Below, one piece after another: positions 13,153 through 25,385 of a stretch of 64,000 nt of DNA. Below the pieces are notes generated by a model. The model saw nothing but the letters and a program-made list of their open reading frames with translations, made no database searches and was not told the DNA's origin. The stretch lies in assembly GCA_943704425.1 (NCBI GenBank), contig CALSCP010000313.1:170713-234712 (forward strand), read 5' to 3'. Source of the DNA: Ministeria vibrans ATCC 50519 (Eukaryota; Protista; Filasterea). Within the stretch, counting starts at the first letter, position 1. Each line of letters begins with the position of its first letter. A program made the position numbers and the translations under genes.

Positions 13153-14684
13153 ATGATGATCTCGTCTGTGGTGAGACGCGCAGCGCAGCTGGGTGTCGTG
13201 CAGCGAGCGATGGCGACGATGGCCATCAAGATGCCTGCGCTGTCGCCGACCATGGAGAGCGGCCAGGTCAAGTCCTGGTCCGTCCAAGTGGGGGACGAGG
13301 TACCCCTGCTTGTCATATCGTTTCTTTTGCACGCATGCCCAATCCTGATGTTTCAAATGTGTGTGTGTGTGTGTGTGTGTTTTTTTTTTGACTCGTTCGC
13401 ATATTTTGGAGACAATCACGCAAAACTGACACAATCGCGTCTGTGGCGCACAGGTGAGCGCTGGCGACGTGCTTTTCGTCGTGGAGACGGACAAGGCCGC
13501 TATGGACGTGGAGTCGTCGGACGACGGCGTAGTCGCCAAGATTCTAGTGGAGGCGAACGCAGACCAAGTGCCCATTGGCAGAGTGGTCGCGCTCCTGGTT
13601 GAGCCCGGCGAAGACCCCGCGTCGGCCGTGATGCCTGCCGAGACCAGTGGAGCTGTAGCAGCAGCAGCACCACCAGCGCCATCCTCGTCCCCGGCAGCGT
13701 CGTCACAACCAGCGTCTCTAGCCAGCACAACATCTGCGACAGCAACCATTCCCTCCAACTTGTTTCTGTCGCCCGCAGTGCGTCGCGTCGTGCTTGAACA
13801 TGGCGTTGATGTGTCCGCTGTGACAGCAACAGGGCCTGGCGGACGCCTGCTCAAAAGTGACATCCTTGCGTTTGTCAGCGGCGAAGCGACTGCGAAGCCA
13901 CAACCGAAATCGTCGGCAGCCGCAGCTGTCACTCCACGAGCACCGACCACCACCAGCAAGGCCACCAAGGGTCGAGTACCACCTACATCTCGCAGAGAAC
14001 GAACACACGTTGACCGAGCGATTGGCGAGGGCGCATCACGACCGAGCACGGCACAAGCAGGCTCGTTCGATGGCCAAATGATCACCGTCTCGGCGGATGT
14101 ACCACTGCGCTTCAACGCCACTCTCATCAACTCAGTACTGCACCCGCTTGCCCTGAACGCGCTTAAGGCCCACGGCGTATCAGATACCATTGAGTATGCA
14201 AAACCAAAGGACACTGAGAGAACGGCGAAAGAGAGGAGAGAGGGATAGAAAACACACCGATTCTGGTCGCCCGAGTGTGTGTGTGCGTATGTATGTCTTT
14301 GTGGTGTGTGTCTGTATATATATATATGTGTGTCTTTTGTGGTGTGTGTCTGTGTTTTTGTGGTGTGTGTGTGGATGAGCTAACTGGCATTGTGCGTAGA
14401 GTTATTGACATGAGCGGAAGTGGCGTGCGCGAGGCGACGGGAGTCGTCCAGCAGGGCATTAGTGCACCCACTCTGCACGTGGGCGCACCCACTGTTCTTG
14501 CCAGTACGATGTCTCTATTTTTTATCATTTTGTATAGATGTGTGTGTGTGTCTGACTCCTTTGACTTGTAATAGAATCCGTTGTGACGACACTCAGTCTC
14601 ACATGCGATTCGACCGATGCGCTTTCGGTTGCGCAGTGTCTCTCCGATGTGAGAGACGCACTCTCAGGACTACAGTCGCAGTAA
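13153..14684 (+). CDS. Pyruvate dehydrogenase protein X / E3-binding protein-like (lipoyl domain, subunit-binding domain, reduced core domain)
   Basis: Mitochondrial-type presequence, MPALSPTMESG, lipoyl-Lys motif VETDKAAMDVE, PSBD LSPAVRR..ATGPGGRLLKSDI, short spliced C-terminal domain without DHRxxDG. Confidence 0.75.
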
Positions 14685-14797
14685 CACACCAAAAGAAGTA
14701 GTACACAACAGATAACAATGGAATACGAAAAGTGTGAGAGTGTACTTGCAGGGTACACATGCGAGTATGTGAGTGACTGTGTAAGTCAGTGCGTGTG

Positions 14798-16170
14798 CTA
14801 CTTGCGCATGGACTGTCGTCGCGCCTTGCCCGGCCGCTTTGCACTCGCGCTCTTCTTAGCCCGGCCCCTACCAGCCCCTCCCGCAGCTCCTCCTGCGCCT
14901 CGTCCTCCTGCGCTTCGTCCTCCTCCTCCACCTCCTGCGCCTCGACCTCCTCCTCGACCTCCTGCTGCCCCTCCACGGCCCTTGCCTTTGTTGCTTCGGC
15001 GGTATCCGCTCATGTCTGCCGCCGACTCGGCCGTGTTGCGCTTCTCTCGCTTGCCCCCAAACCCGTACTTGGCATCCTTCTTCTGTCGCTTGCTGTTCCC
15101 ACTTCCCGACCTACACACATTCCATTGGTCACTTTATTCCCTCCTTCTCTCTTTCTCTTACTCTTCTCCGTCGCGTTTTCTCTTTCGTGATGGAATACTT
15201 GTCCCATCCTTGGTGCGGTCTACTGTCAGTCCAAACGCATCATCGCCGTCGCTGATGTGACTCTCCCGGTCTGTGTTTTCAATCGATGGATCGTATTAGA
15301 GGCGAAGTGCAGGAATCGCCTCAGATCTATTTCATACCTTTTCTCATCTTCTTGATCGACTCAAGCTCGTCCTTCTTCTTCTTCTCGCGGTCTTGCAACA
15401 CCTACACACACACCATCAGGCCCCAGCACAACTTTCTTCCCCTTCATCCTCCTCCTCCTCCTCCTCCTGCAGCAGCAGAGAAAGACATCGACTCTGCGCA
15501 TTGTTTCCGTACCTGTCGTTGGACTGTCTTGCCAAACTTGCGCATTTCACGCGATCGCTTTGCTTGCTCCATTCGATCAACGGATTGTCTGTCGGAGAGC
15601 ACGCGTGCTCGCACCCGCTGCATGTGGTCGTCTGTTTTGATCATCTCGGCAAAGTAGTCGTCGGGACGCGCAAAGGGCGTGCCGCTGGCGACAATCATGT
15701 CTTTGGCAGCCTTGACGGCCGCCAGTGACTGCTGCACAAATCCTGCCTGAAACGACGCAATTGGATGAGCGCTCAACACCCCACGAGTCAAGGGGGGAAG
15801 TCAGCACACCGTACCTCGCGGCGAAACTCGTCGTCGGCGGCCGCCTGGCCCTTCTTGGGCGCCTCGCCGCTTTCCACGTCGCTCTCGTCGGTTTTGCCCG
15901 ACCCCGTCACATCCAGCCGTTCGATCCACGCCAACTCCGCCTGCTTTCCACCTCGCAGCTCCTCAAAACGCTCCAGTAGACGCGCCGTGTCGTTTATTGC
16001 CTCGGCTAAGCACATCCACGTGTGTCAGAAAAAGAGAAAAAGTTCGACGGACGAACATGCGACGCTCACTTACCCTTCGTGCCGGGCACCGTGCCCTCAA
16101 CCAGCCCCCCCTGGATGGCCGTCATAAGCTCCTCCTCGCCACTCTCGTCGCTCTCCTCGTAGTCACTCAT
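14798..16170 (-). CDS. EBP2: rRNA-processing protein EBP2 (multi-exon)
   Basis: WIERLDV, DDEFRRE, FARPDDYFAEMIKTDDHMQRVR, KRQKKDAKYGFGGKREKRNTAES, KRPGKARR. Confidence 0.92.
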
Positions 16171-16255
16171 CCTTTTTAGTCAATTTTTTTGTTGATTATT
16201 CAATTTTCGGAAAATGGAAATTGGGATTTTCGATCAAAATTCAAAAATATTCGTC

Positions 16256-17755
16256 ATGTTACGGCACACTCTCCTAATACTGCTCGTTCCATTCGCCTCA
16301 ACGAGTCTTTTACAGCACACGTCGTTTGATGACTCCTTTCGAGCGGCGCTGCGTGCCTTCCCCAATGTCATGGAGCTCCCTTTCGACCAGGAGCACTTTG
16401 TGTTGGCCGAAAGCGATCTTCGCCAAGCGGAGAAACAGCTCGCATACAGCACGCGCATATCGACAACACTTGTCAACGAGGCCATAGAAATGGTCTATGT
16501 GACGCGAGGACACATCGTCAAAGACCGGATGGCGCGGCACTCGGTCGACGTTGTCGCGCATGTTGACATGCGCGTTGACGCCGCCTGGAGCCTCATGCCA
16601 CTCGAGCTGCTGCTCCACCACCTGTCGCGTGCACCTGTATTGGCGACGGTGTCTTTGTCGCTGGACGACAGCGACGAGCGAGGGCTCACGCCGCTGTGTG
16701 TCGCAACGACGTTGGGACTCCACTCCGTCATGCGACTGCTGCTCGACGCCGGTGCCCGTCCATTTGCCGCCTGTGCTCACTCGACTGCCGCTCATTTGGC
16801 GGCCGCCAACGACGATCAGATTGCCTTGGACATACTTGGGCTGACGCTAGGCACCACGGGTGTTCCTCCTCTCTTGGATGAGTGGGGGCGCACTCCTGAT
16901 TCCTACAGAGTTGTGCTCACCACCAGCAGGTTGGAGCCCCCCCCACCTAGTGAGGAGAACCTTGTCGAAAGCGAGGCTGGCTGGCACATACGTCCAGGGT
17001 TTCTTCCATCTCCAACGCGGCTCAGTGACCGACTTTGTCAAGTGGACCGTGTGGACATAACCCAGCTGAGTGGCGAACGCTTCTTCCGCGACTACGTGGC
17101 GCGCAAACGGCCCCTTGTGATCACTGGGGTGCACGTGGACGACTGGCCTGTGTACAGTCGGCTTGCACGTGCCGATTTTGTACGCGATCTTGGCCATGCG
17201 GACGTGCGCATGTCGACCATTCCGTATGGGGATGTCTTTGGCGTGTTGTCGGGTTTGGCAACCGTGCGTGACTTTGTCGATGACTACATGCTCCGTCAGC
17301 GCGTCAGAGGAGGGGATTCCAATGGAGGGCACCAGGGGGTGCCTCTGTATGCGTTTGATGGCGACTTCATCAGCCACCATCTCAATGGGACGTTTGAGCT
17401 ACCAAGTGCGCTTACGACCGTTCTGGCGCCTGGCACAACGCAGATTGTCAAACAGCTGATTGTGGGACCGGCAGACAGTGGGTCACCGGCGCACTACCAC
17501 TGCGACGCCGTCAACGCAGTGCTGTACGGACGCAAGCAGTGGCTGCTGACGGCACCGGCGCACTCTGTCTACAGCCGCATGCACCCATTGCGCATGGGTG
17601 CCCACAGCACGACCCGGGCCCTGCGCGAGCACGCCTGTATGCTCACCCAGAACGCGCGCGAGCTTGTCTATGTACCTGCCCGCTGGGGTCACGCGACCCT
17701 CAATGAGTGCGAGACTGTTGCTGTGGCCGTTGAGTTTGGCAGGACGACCTGTTAG
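16256..17755 (+). CDS. Signal peptide + ankyrin repeats + JmjC (JMJD8-like) 2-oxoglutarate oxygenase; single exon
   Basis: MLRHTLLILLVPFASTS; ankyrin GLTPLCVA..LLLDAGA, TAAHLAA, DEWGRTP; JmjC FFRDYVARKRPLVI, GSPAHYHCDAVN..GRKQW, YVPARWGHATLN. Confidence 0.8.
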   Translation: MLRHTLLILLVPFASTSLLQHTSFDDSFRAALRAFPNVMELPFDQEHFVLAESDLRQAEKQLAYSTRISTTLVNEAIEMVYVTRGHIVKDRMARHSVDVVAHVDMRVDAAWSLMPLELLLHHLSRAPVLATVSLSLDDSDERGLTPLCVATTLGLHSVMRLLLDAGARPFAACAHSTAAHLAAANDDQIALDILGLTLGTTGVPPLLDEWGRTPDSYRVVLTTSRLEPPPPSEENLVESEAGWHIRPGFLPSPTRLSDRLCQVDRVDITQLSGERFFRDYVARKRPLVITGVHVDDWPVYSRLARADFVRDLGHADVRMSTIPYGDVFGVLSGLATVRDFVDDYMLRQRVRGGDSNGGHQGVPLYAFDGDFISHHLNGTFELPSALTTVLAPGTTQIVKQLIVGPADSGSPAHYHCDAVNAVLYGRKQWLLTAPAHSVYSRMHPLRMGAHSTTRALREHACMLTQNARELVYVPARWGHATLNECETVAVAVEFGRTTC

Positions 17756-18048
17756 CGACGTTAGCGACGCGCGTTCTGTTTGCAATACGAAAACAGTATT
17801 GGGTGTAATGTAATACTATATTCATTATTGTGCATGTGTAACACAATCACAACTGTTCAAAAGAGGAACATAAAACGCAAAAGTACAAATGGGGGAAGAA
17901 AAAAGAGAGAAGAAAGGGGGGAAAAAGTGACAAGAGAGAGAGGGAGAGGGGGAAGAGAGTGACAGGGGGGAAAGAGAAAACCAAAGTGATAGAGAGTCAA
18001 GAGTTGCGTGATAAAAAATAACAAGGATAGCAGCAAATCAGTCGCGAC

Positions 18049-20117
18049 TCAGACGAGCGCTGAGCCAGCGACCATATCTCTGCGAGTGTGGCAGTCGACA
18101 TCACCGTCAAGCAGCTCGGCAAAAGACGGTCCACGACTGCGCTTGGTGGTCGCCTCACACGATGCGCTGTGCTGTGACGACCCCCGTGAGCGCGATCGCA
18201 CTTCATCAGCGTTGATGGACGCGTGTTGGTGCTGGCCCTTCTGGCCCTTCTGGCCCTCAAGCAGCCACCTTGTGTCGTCGTCGGGATCGCCATTAACAAG
18301 CGTGTGGAGCGTCGAGGCGTCGTTGCACGGGCGGTTCCCGTCCCCGCCACATCCCCCCTCGTCGTCTTCGCTCTCCTCAGGCGTCTTGGCACGCCCTGAA
18401 AAGTTGACAAAGTATACACCGGCGACAATGAGAACGGCACCCAGCACCTCCAGGGCCTTGTACAGTGCCGACACGCCGACCCACTCATGCTCAAAGACAG
18501 CACCCTCAAAGACACCAAATACGGGCAGAAGGAAGCCCACCATGGTCTGCTTGACACTGCCCACCGTCGACAAGAGATAAAAGTACAGCACGTACGCGAC
18601 GACGGTCGAAATGATGCCGAGGTAGAGAATACCAATCCATGCCTGGAGACTAGCGTGCCACAAAAACGAAAAGTGTTTCATGTCCTCAAAGGGCGCTGGC
18701 GGCCATTGCCAGTTCCATGCAAACGCAAGCAGAACATTCAGAATGGCACCAGATGTGATTTGACCTGCAGAAAAAAAGAGAAAAAAAAAACACGCAGGAG
18801 TGAGTGTGCTACTTGCTTTGAGTTGCGTGTGCTTGCTTACACCAGGCAGTGACGAGCGGATCGAAGCCACCGAGAGCACGTTTGCCAAAGACACTGGCAA
18901 TACCGTACGACGCAGTCGCAAGCACAACCATCATGTAGTAGAGAATGGTGATGGGCTTGGCGTGCGTGCCGTCCACATCAAAAAGTCGTTCGGCGCACAC
19001 GGTGAAGACCCCACCAAAGCCAACGAAGAGACCGATGCCGCGACGGAGCGTAATCTTCTCGTCCGGTAGCAAAAAGTGCCCAAAGAGTTGGCCAAACAGA
19101 GGAATGGAGGAGTCAAGGACCGACGTGATGCCAACGTTGACGGCCGGTTCGGATTCGGCCCAGGCAACGAGTCTGCGTATGTGTGTGGCATGTGAGTGTG
19201 TATGTCAGTGTGTGTGAGCGAAAGAGTAGTGAGGGGAGAGAGGAACGATGCGTCGAGTGGCACAAGAGGCTGTCCAGCCCATGTCGGAGAGTGGAGGTGG
19301 AGGAGGCCTTACGTGAAGGGGATTGTGTTGTTGAGGAGCCCCATGAGAAAGACGCGAGGGAGAAACTTGCGAGCCGTCTCGCCCCAAAGATGCTCCTTGA
19401 CAATGGCTTTGTGGGCGGGGCGGACGCACGACGCTACGATGTGAAAGGCTGTGAAGAGCAGCGATGCAAGAACCAGCCGCATTGCGACGAGAATCGCCTG
19501 CAAAGAGAGAGAGAGAGCGGATGAGCAACACAGTCGCGGTATGGCGCAACCCGACACCGAAAAAACGCCCACTTGGCAACCATGAGCGAGTCGTGCTTCG
19601 CTGGAATGAATAGACTCAGCGCGTTCCGTGACGATTCAACAGAACATGGAGCGTTCCAAGGCGGTTCTGACCACATCATGCGCAGATAGCGTTTTTTTTT
19701 TTTCATGTCTCCTTTTTTTTTTTTTTTTTCATGTCTCCTTTTTTTTTTTTTTCTTCCTCTCATCTCTCCTCAGCCGATGAGGGAAAGTCCAGCACGCAGT
19801 AGACAGCCGCGAGAGGGGGAGGATCGCGTGAATGGGGAGGATTGGCAGGGGCGGCGAGGGAGGAGGGGGGCGGTGAGGCGACGGAGCGGGGAGGNNNNNN
19901 NNNGGGGGAGCGACGCTCAACGGCCGACGGTCGTTCACCGCAGGCGACGGAGCGGGGGCGGGCGGGCGCGGGGGTGGCTGCCTGGGGCGAGAGTGGCTCT
20001 CAACGGCCGATGGTCGTTTACCGCAGGAAAGTAGAGCGCCGACCATTTGATGAAAAGAAAGGCACTGCCCCAGATGGCACCCAGGCCGATGAATGCCGCC
20101 AGCTCCAGAGGTTTCAT
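18049..20117 (-). CDS. EamA/DMT-family transporter (multi-exon)
   Basis: LGAIWGSAFLFIK, GLLNNTIPF, NVGITSVLDSSIPLF, LYLGIISTVVAYVLYFYLL..VGFLLPVFGV. Confidence 0.85.
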
Positions 20118-20202
20118 GGTCTCGAAAATGTGTTATAAAAAAATCAATTATTATTATTAATTAAGATCTCATTTGACCAAATAATTACAAATATTTGCAA
20201 CC

Positions 20203-21565
20203 ATGATCCCGGCGAATTTGACTGCTTTGTCACGAAAAGAACTTCAAAGTCTTGCCAAGACGAATGGCGTGCGCGCTAACCAAAAGAGCGACATGATCAT
20301 TATTGAACTCGAAAAAATCCGCGAGAGCCAAACAACAGCAGCGACGACAACGACGACGGGTGGGGAGCTCCCCGTCTTGCTCGACGAGAGCGACGCGGCC
20401 CTCGGGTCAGACGAACCAGTTCAGGCGGAGATGGACGCTGACTTGTTTGCCGCGATCAATTCGGCGGATTTCGACGTGTGCCGAAAGAGCATCGAGCGAC
20501 CGCAAAACACGCCCCAAAAGGCGTCTATGGACTTTGAAATGGTGTGCACAGTGACACCCAAGGATGATTGGTAAGCGTGTTTAATGCTTTTATCGGGTTT
20601 TTAAGATTTGTTTGTTGGTCACCAAGAATATTTTTTTTAAAAAAATTATTATTCGTCGTAGTGCGACACTGCAGGAGCTAGACACACCTGTGGCGACTCC
20701 AAAGACAAGTTCAAGTGCAGTTGTGACGAAAGCGGACAAACTGAGCGTTCTAGCCGAGCTGGAGAAGCGGCTGGGGCATCCGTCGACGATTCGCACGACG
20801 GTGGTCGAACCTAACGACGGGAAAGTCGGCACAGTCAACAAAGCACAAGCGGTGCCTGTGCAACGACCGAGTGGAGCGGTGCGTGCTGGGCCTCCTGCTA
20901 AGAACTGGGAGAAAATCCACAAGCGTCATGCGCTTCCGGGGCGCTCTATTCTCGACGACGAGCGACGCCGGGCGGAAAGGCGGGAGAAACTTGCAGCAGC
21001 AAAGACGGCCCAGTCATCAACGCGCATTCCACGACTCCCAATGAGTCGCGGTGCAGCGTCTACGACTGTTGGGAAAAGTGTTTTGGCTCAGTCTCAGTCA
21101 GTCCAGTCGCCGCGCAAGAGACAGGAAGAATACATGTCGGAGTTGAGAAAGAGACTCACTGGGGCAGCCGAGAAGAAGCGTGTCGAGAATCGCAGTGCGT
21201 CTCTCAACAAGCACCGCGACCTGTCAGCGACCACGTCAAAGCAAACGCCCCTGTCCACCGCACCCGAGAAAAAGACCCCCCTGTCAAGTGCACTTGTGAA
21301 AAGGCCCCTGGGAAGCGCCGTTAAGAAGACAGTCATTAGTGGCAGCAAGACAACAGGCAGCACACGCAAACAGACAGGGCACACTACAACGCCCGTTCAC
21401 ATGAACACCAGCGTTAAGTCTGCATTCGCGCGCCCTTCTCGCTCTACACCAACGGCATCGGCATCGCCCACTCTGCGAATTCGCCGCCCCATCACTCCCG
21501 TAGCTCCCCTTTCCATGTCCGCGCGTCGCACGGGTCTGCTTCCTAAGGGCCTCATTCCTTTGTAG
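20203..21565 (+). CDS. NuSAP-like spindle/chromatin protein (2 exons)
   Basis: N-terminal SAP-like LSRKELQSLAKTNGVRAN, and NWEKIHKRH..SILD resembling the NuSAP NFKKLHE..ESID motif; basic disordered tail. Confidence 0.6.
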
Positions 21566-21923
21566 AGTGGAATTCTTGGTATAATAAATAATTTTACTTC
21601 AACATATGTTAACAATTAAAAATTACTATAATAAGAAAAGCAAAATTAATAGAGAATCCAGAGCCGTCCTCAATGATATATACAAAAAAACGAAGAGCAC
21701 AATACTTCGCGGTAGAATAATAAATTAATTATTATAATTATTTTATTATTTCTATTACTATTACTCTTATTATTATTATTATTATTATAAGACGTATAAT
21801 TATAATCATAAAATTAATTTTATTATTTTAATAATAATATAAGAAGAATGACCAGGAGAAGGACGAAAGGCAGTGCAAACGATATAATTATCATTATGAA
21901 AGAGGGGTATAAAGAAGGGGCAG

Positions 21924-23715
21924 TTACTCGGGCTTTTGCAACACGCAGAAACTGACAGCGCGACGGTTTGATGGGAGGCTGGGAGAGGAGGTGGAGAACT
22001 TGGCGCGGCCGACAATGGGGGAGATCGGCGGAGAGGAGAGGGTCGAGACAGAGGGCATGCTAGAGAGCGACCGCGTCTCGTTGCTGTCCAGGGACTGTGC
22101 CGTCGCTGTGGCTGAGCGCTCGTCTCGCGCACTTGCCAGAAGTCGCGCAAAAACGGTTGTGCTGAGCGCGTTGGAGTTGTGTCGCACTGGAACTCCCTCG
22201 GTGAGCGGGACGGTACCCCCTGAGTCGCTGCCGCGGCGAGTGCGGAACCCAAGACGGCTCCCAATCATCGAGGAAAGCACACGCGAGCCAAGAGCACGAG
22301 GCGACGTCACACACGCGCTGCTGAGGGACGACGACGATGTCGAAAGAGACTGACGCCGTGAGCTACTGGGCGTCGTTGAAGGTGAGCCACTGATGGACGA
22401 CGTGCCGTCCGACACCTGCGAGAGCACACTCGCACGACGCTCGCTGAGAATTGTCGAACTGTTCTTGGGCACTCGCAGGTGGATCTGCTCAAGGCTGCCC
22501 GTTGCAAACGCACAGATTCTAATCATGGAAAAACTTATTAATGCCCATGGAGTCTTGTAGAGGGTGAGGGGGTACCTTTCGGCAAGGTCCTTGGGAGCAC
22601 GTCCGACAACCCACTCAATGACGTGGATCTGGTCGACTCCGCCATCGAGCACAGCAGCAAGCTCGCCCATGACAAGCTCATTGGTGTCAGCGTGCCACTC
22701 GAGACTGCACGATGCGATGAAAAGCGACGTGAGCCGGTCCAGCTGCTGGTTGATGGAGTGCTCTTCAAAAACCTCGCCACTGAGAAATGGGATGGACATG
22801 GGATGAGAAAGACGAATCAGTAGTGCACAAAATGAAGGCAGATCAGGGGCACATACGAATCGGGAGCATCACAGGCGTAGAGAGCGCAGAGGACGGACGG
22901 GTCGTATTCGGACAGGGCAAAGGCAGCGCGCGGATCGTCGGTGGGAAAGTAGGGTTTGCCCGAGAAGTTCCTGTTGGCGCGGAGGATACCCAGCTCAATA
23001 TCGAGCAGAGAAAAGCGCACGTTGTTGATGATGTAGGCGTGGTTCTCGAAGAAGCGACTCGACATCTTGTCGCCTTCCTTGAGGTTGAACTGTGCAAAAA
23101 GCGACCGTTTAAATTAATAACGTCATTAAAATAACAATAAAAGTAAAGTGAATTATTATTATTATTGATGAATTTAAAATTAATTATTATAATAATAATA
23201 ATAATTATTATTATTATTGTGTGTGTGTGTGTGTGTGTGTGCGTGTACCTGGGCATGTCGCTTGAGGCTCACGTAGACGTTCATGAAGAAAACAAGACGT
23301 TGCTCGTTGCTCATGGAGCTCAGAGTGACGCGCTGCAGATAGATGGACAGCTCAAGAAGATGAATGGTTGGGTCAAGACGAATGTCCGATCCGCTGGCCA
23401 TGGGGATGGGCTCAGTCGGCAGCTGGCAGGCATGCTGGGCAAGAGCGCGGGACAGCAAGACGGGCGCGTGAACGAGGGCGTCAGAGACAATAGCGGCATT
23501 GAGGGCGTAGTGTGGGGGCTGTTTCTCGTCGCCCAACCACCGATAAAGCACGTCGCTCGACGCCGCAAACGTGGTGTGTGCTTTTTTCGGTCCCAGCACA
23601 CACCGGATAAACCCTGCTCGAAATAGAAAAGACAAAGTACCAAAAAAAAAACCAAGACTAGTTGTACACCTTCATCCTACTCAACTCCCTTTTGAGTCAG
23701 ACACAGAGACACCAT

Positions 23716-23756
<41 letters not shown>

Positions 23757-24950
23757 AAACAAACAAAAATTAGTTCGGATCTAAGAGACCGGCAGATGGA
23801 AACTGCTTTTGGAAAGTGACCTCGATCGACAAATCGTTGGACAAATGCGGTTGTATCGACCGCCGTGAGTTCCTTTTCGCCAAAGAGCCACATGTAGAGG
23901 GCCTGGCCCGAAAAGCTCATGGGGTGCTTCTTAAACGGAGGCACTTTGGGGTCGCGCGGTTGAGCGCCTCGCGCGGCCATTCTGCAGAGAATGACGTCTT
24001 CGTCGAGGCTCGGAGTCACCGTGGTGGTAGTGGTTGAGTCGAGGGCGAGCAGGACCGCCTCCAGCGGCGTCAGCAGGGCCGGCGTCGAGTCAACGGGAGC
24101 GTCGTTCTTTTCGACGTGGCGAAGGAGAAAGTTGCGCTCCGCTTGCGCGAGTCTGTGGAGTCCTTCGAGGCCGTCGGTGACCGGCACGTCGTTGAAAAAG
24201 ACTGTGGGCACCGTGGACGTCGACAGAAGCCTGCGCATCTCCTTGAGGCGGTGAGGCAAAGCAACGACATCAATCTATTTTTTTTGGAATGTTAGGAAAG
24301 GCTGAAGACGATAATTCGCTTCACGGCGCAACACAATGCTCAATTAGGCATACGCCATACGTCAGAAACATTACATAGAGCTAAGAATGCAGTCACAAAC
24401 AACCGCTGAAAAGTTCGGAGATTTCTTTTTTTCTTCTTTTTTTCTTTCGCTAAAAAAGTCGCTTTTGTTTGATTTGGGCAATAGGGTTTACCTTGTGCAC
24501 GGCGAGGTCGCGCTCGATGAGGAACCGTTCAACATCACGTGACGCAGGGCTACGGTCGGTGTAGAGCGTCACACGTCCATGCTGAGTGAATTTGCGGCGG
24601 TGAGGACGACGCGAAACAGAGTTCTTGGAGAGGGTCGCACGGTCGATGGCGCCTAGACACTGCTGTCGGATGATATCGTTGCCGATAACGTGCTCAAGAA
24701 GGTCGCATTCTTGCAATGCTTTCGTTAGCGAGACAAGCCTGGAAGAACATTGATGACGTCAGACTCCATTGAGGCTTTGTTGTTGTTCGCGAGTGTGGCA
24801 CGCAGAGCCTTACCCGTCTCGGTTCATCTTCTCGCCGATCTCCTTTAGGATGGAGCGACTCGTCGACAGCGGATTGGAGGCAATCTCGGACAGGCGTGAG
24901 TAGGAATCCTTGCCACAAAGACGTTTGGGCTCTTCCGAAGTCGATGACAT
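21924..24950 (-). CDS. Glutaredoxin-like + DEP + DUF547 domain protein (multi-exon; start approximate)
   Basis: GRVTLYT..TVPTVFFN (Grx fold), SFSGQALYMWL (DEP), LQRVTLSSMSNEQRLVFFMNVY and FSLLDIELGILRAN..DPR (DUF547). Confidence 0.75.
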
Positions 24951-25385
24951 GATTCGAAAGAGACTGAAAGTAGCGGGTAGGGTGTGAAAGGCTAGAGTCT
25001 TGATGTATACGCGGCCAGCGCAACTACGTAGGATGAATAAGAGTGTCTTGACTGTCTTTCACTCTTTTGTCTCTCAACCACATAATTTTTATTATTATTA
25101 TTTGTTTGACTCTTCACAAAGTTCACTCCAGGACCCAGGACATACCACATATTATTTCTTTAGACCTAACTCCTAAGTAATAAGTTGGAGCAAGTTTTCT
25201 CTTACTTCTTAGTCACTTCAATTTCGTTTTGCAGAAGCCCATTTTGAGTAAGTCGAAATACAAACCAAATCGTACTTTGAACTTTCACACTTTTTAGCAC
25301 TCGGTCCACCGTTGCGGGATTTATATGCAGCCGACCCGCCCGCGCCACCGACGGTCTATCAAGCAGCGCACTGTGAGTGCAAAGC

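Noticed and set aside
19840-20030. G-rich stretch with an imperfect duplicate of the EamA exon 1 donor region (possible G-quadruplex or alternative donor)
   Set aside because: It sits beside an N gap and looks like low-quality read sequence; cannot be trusted.
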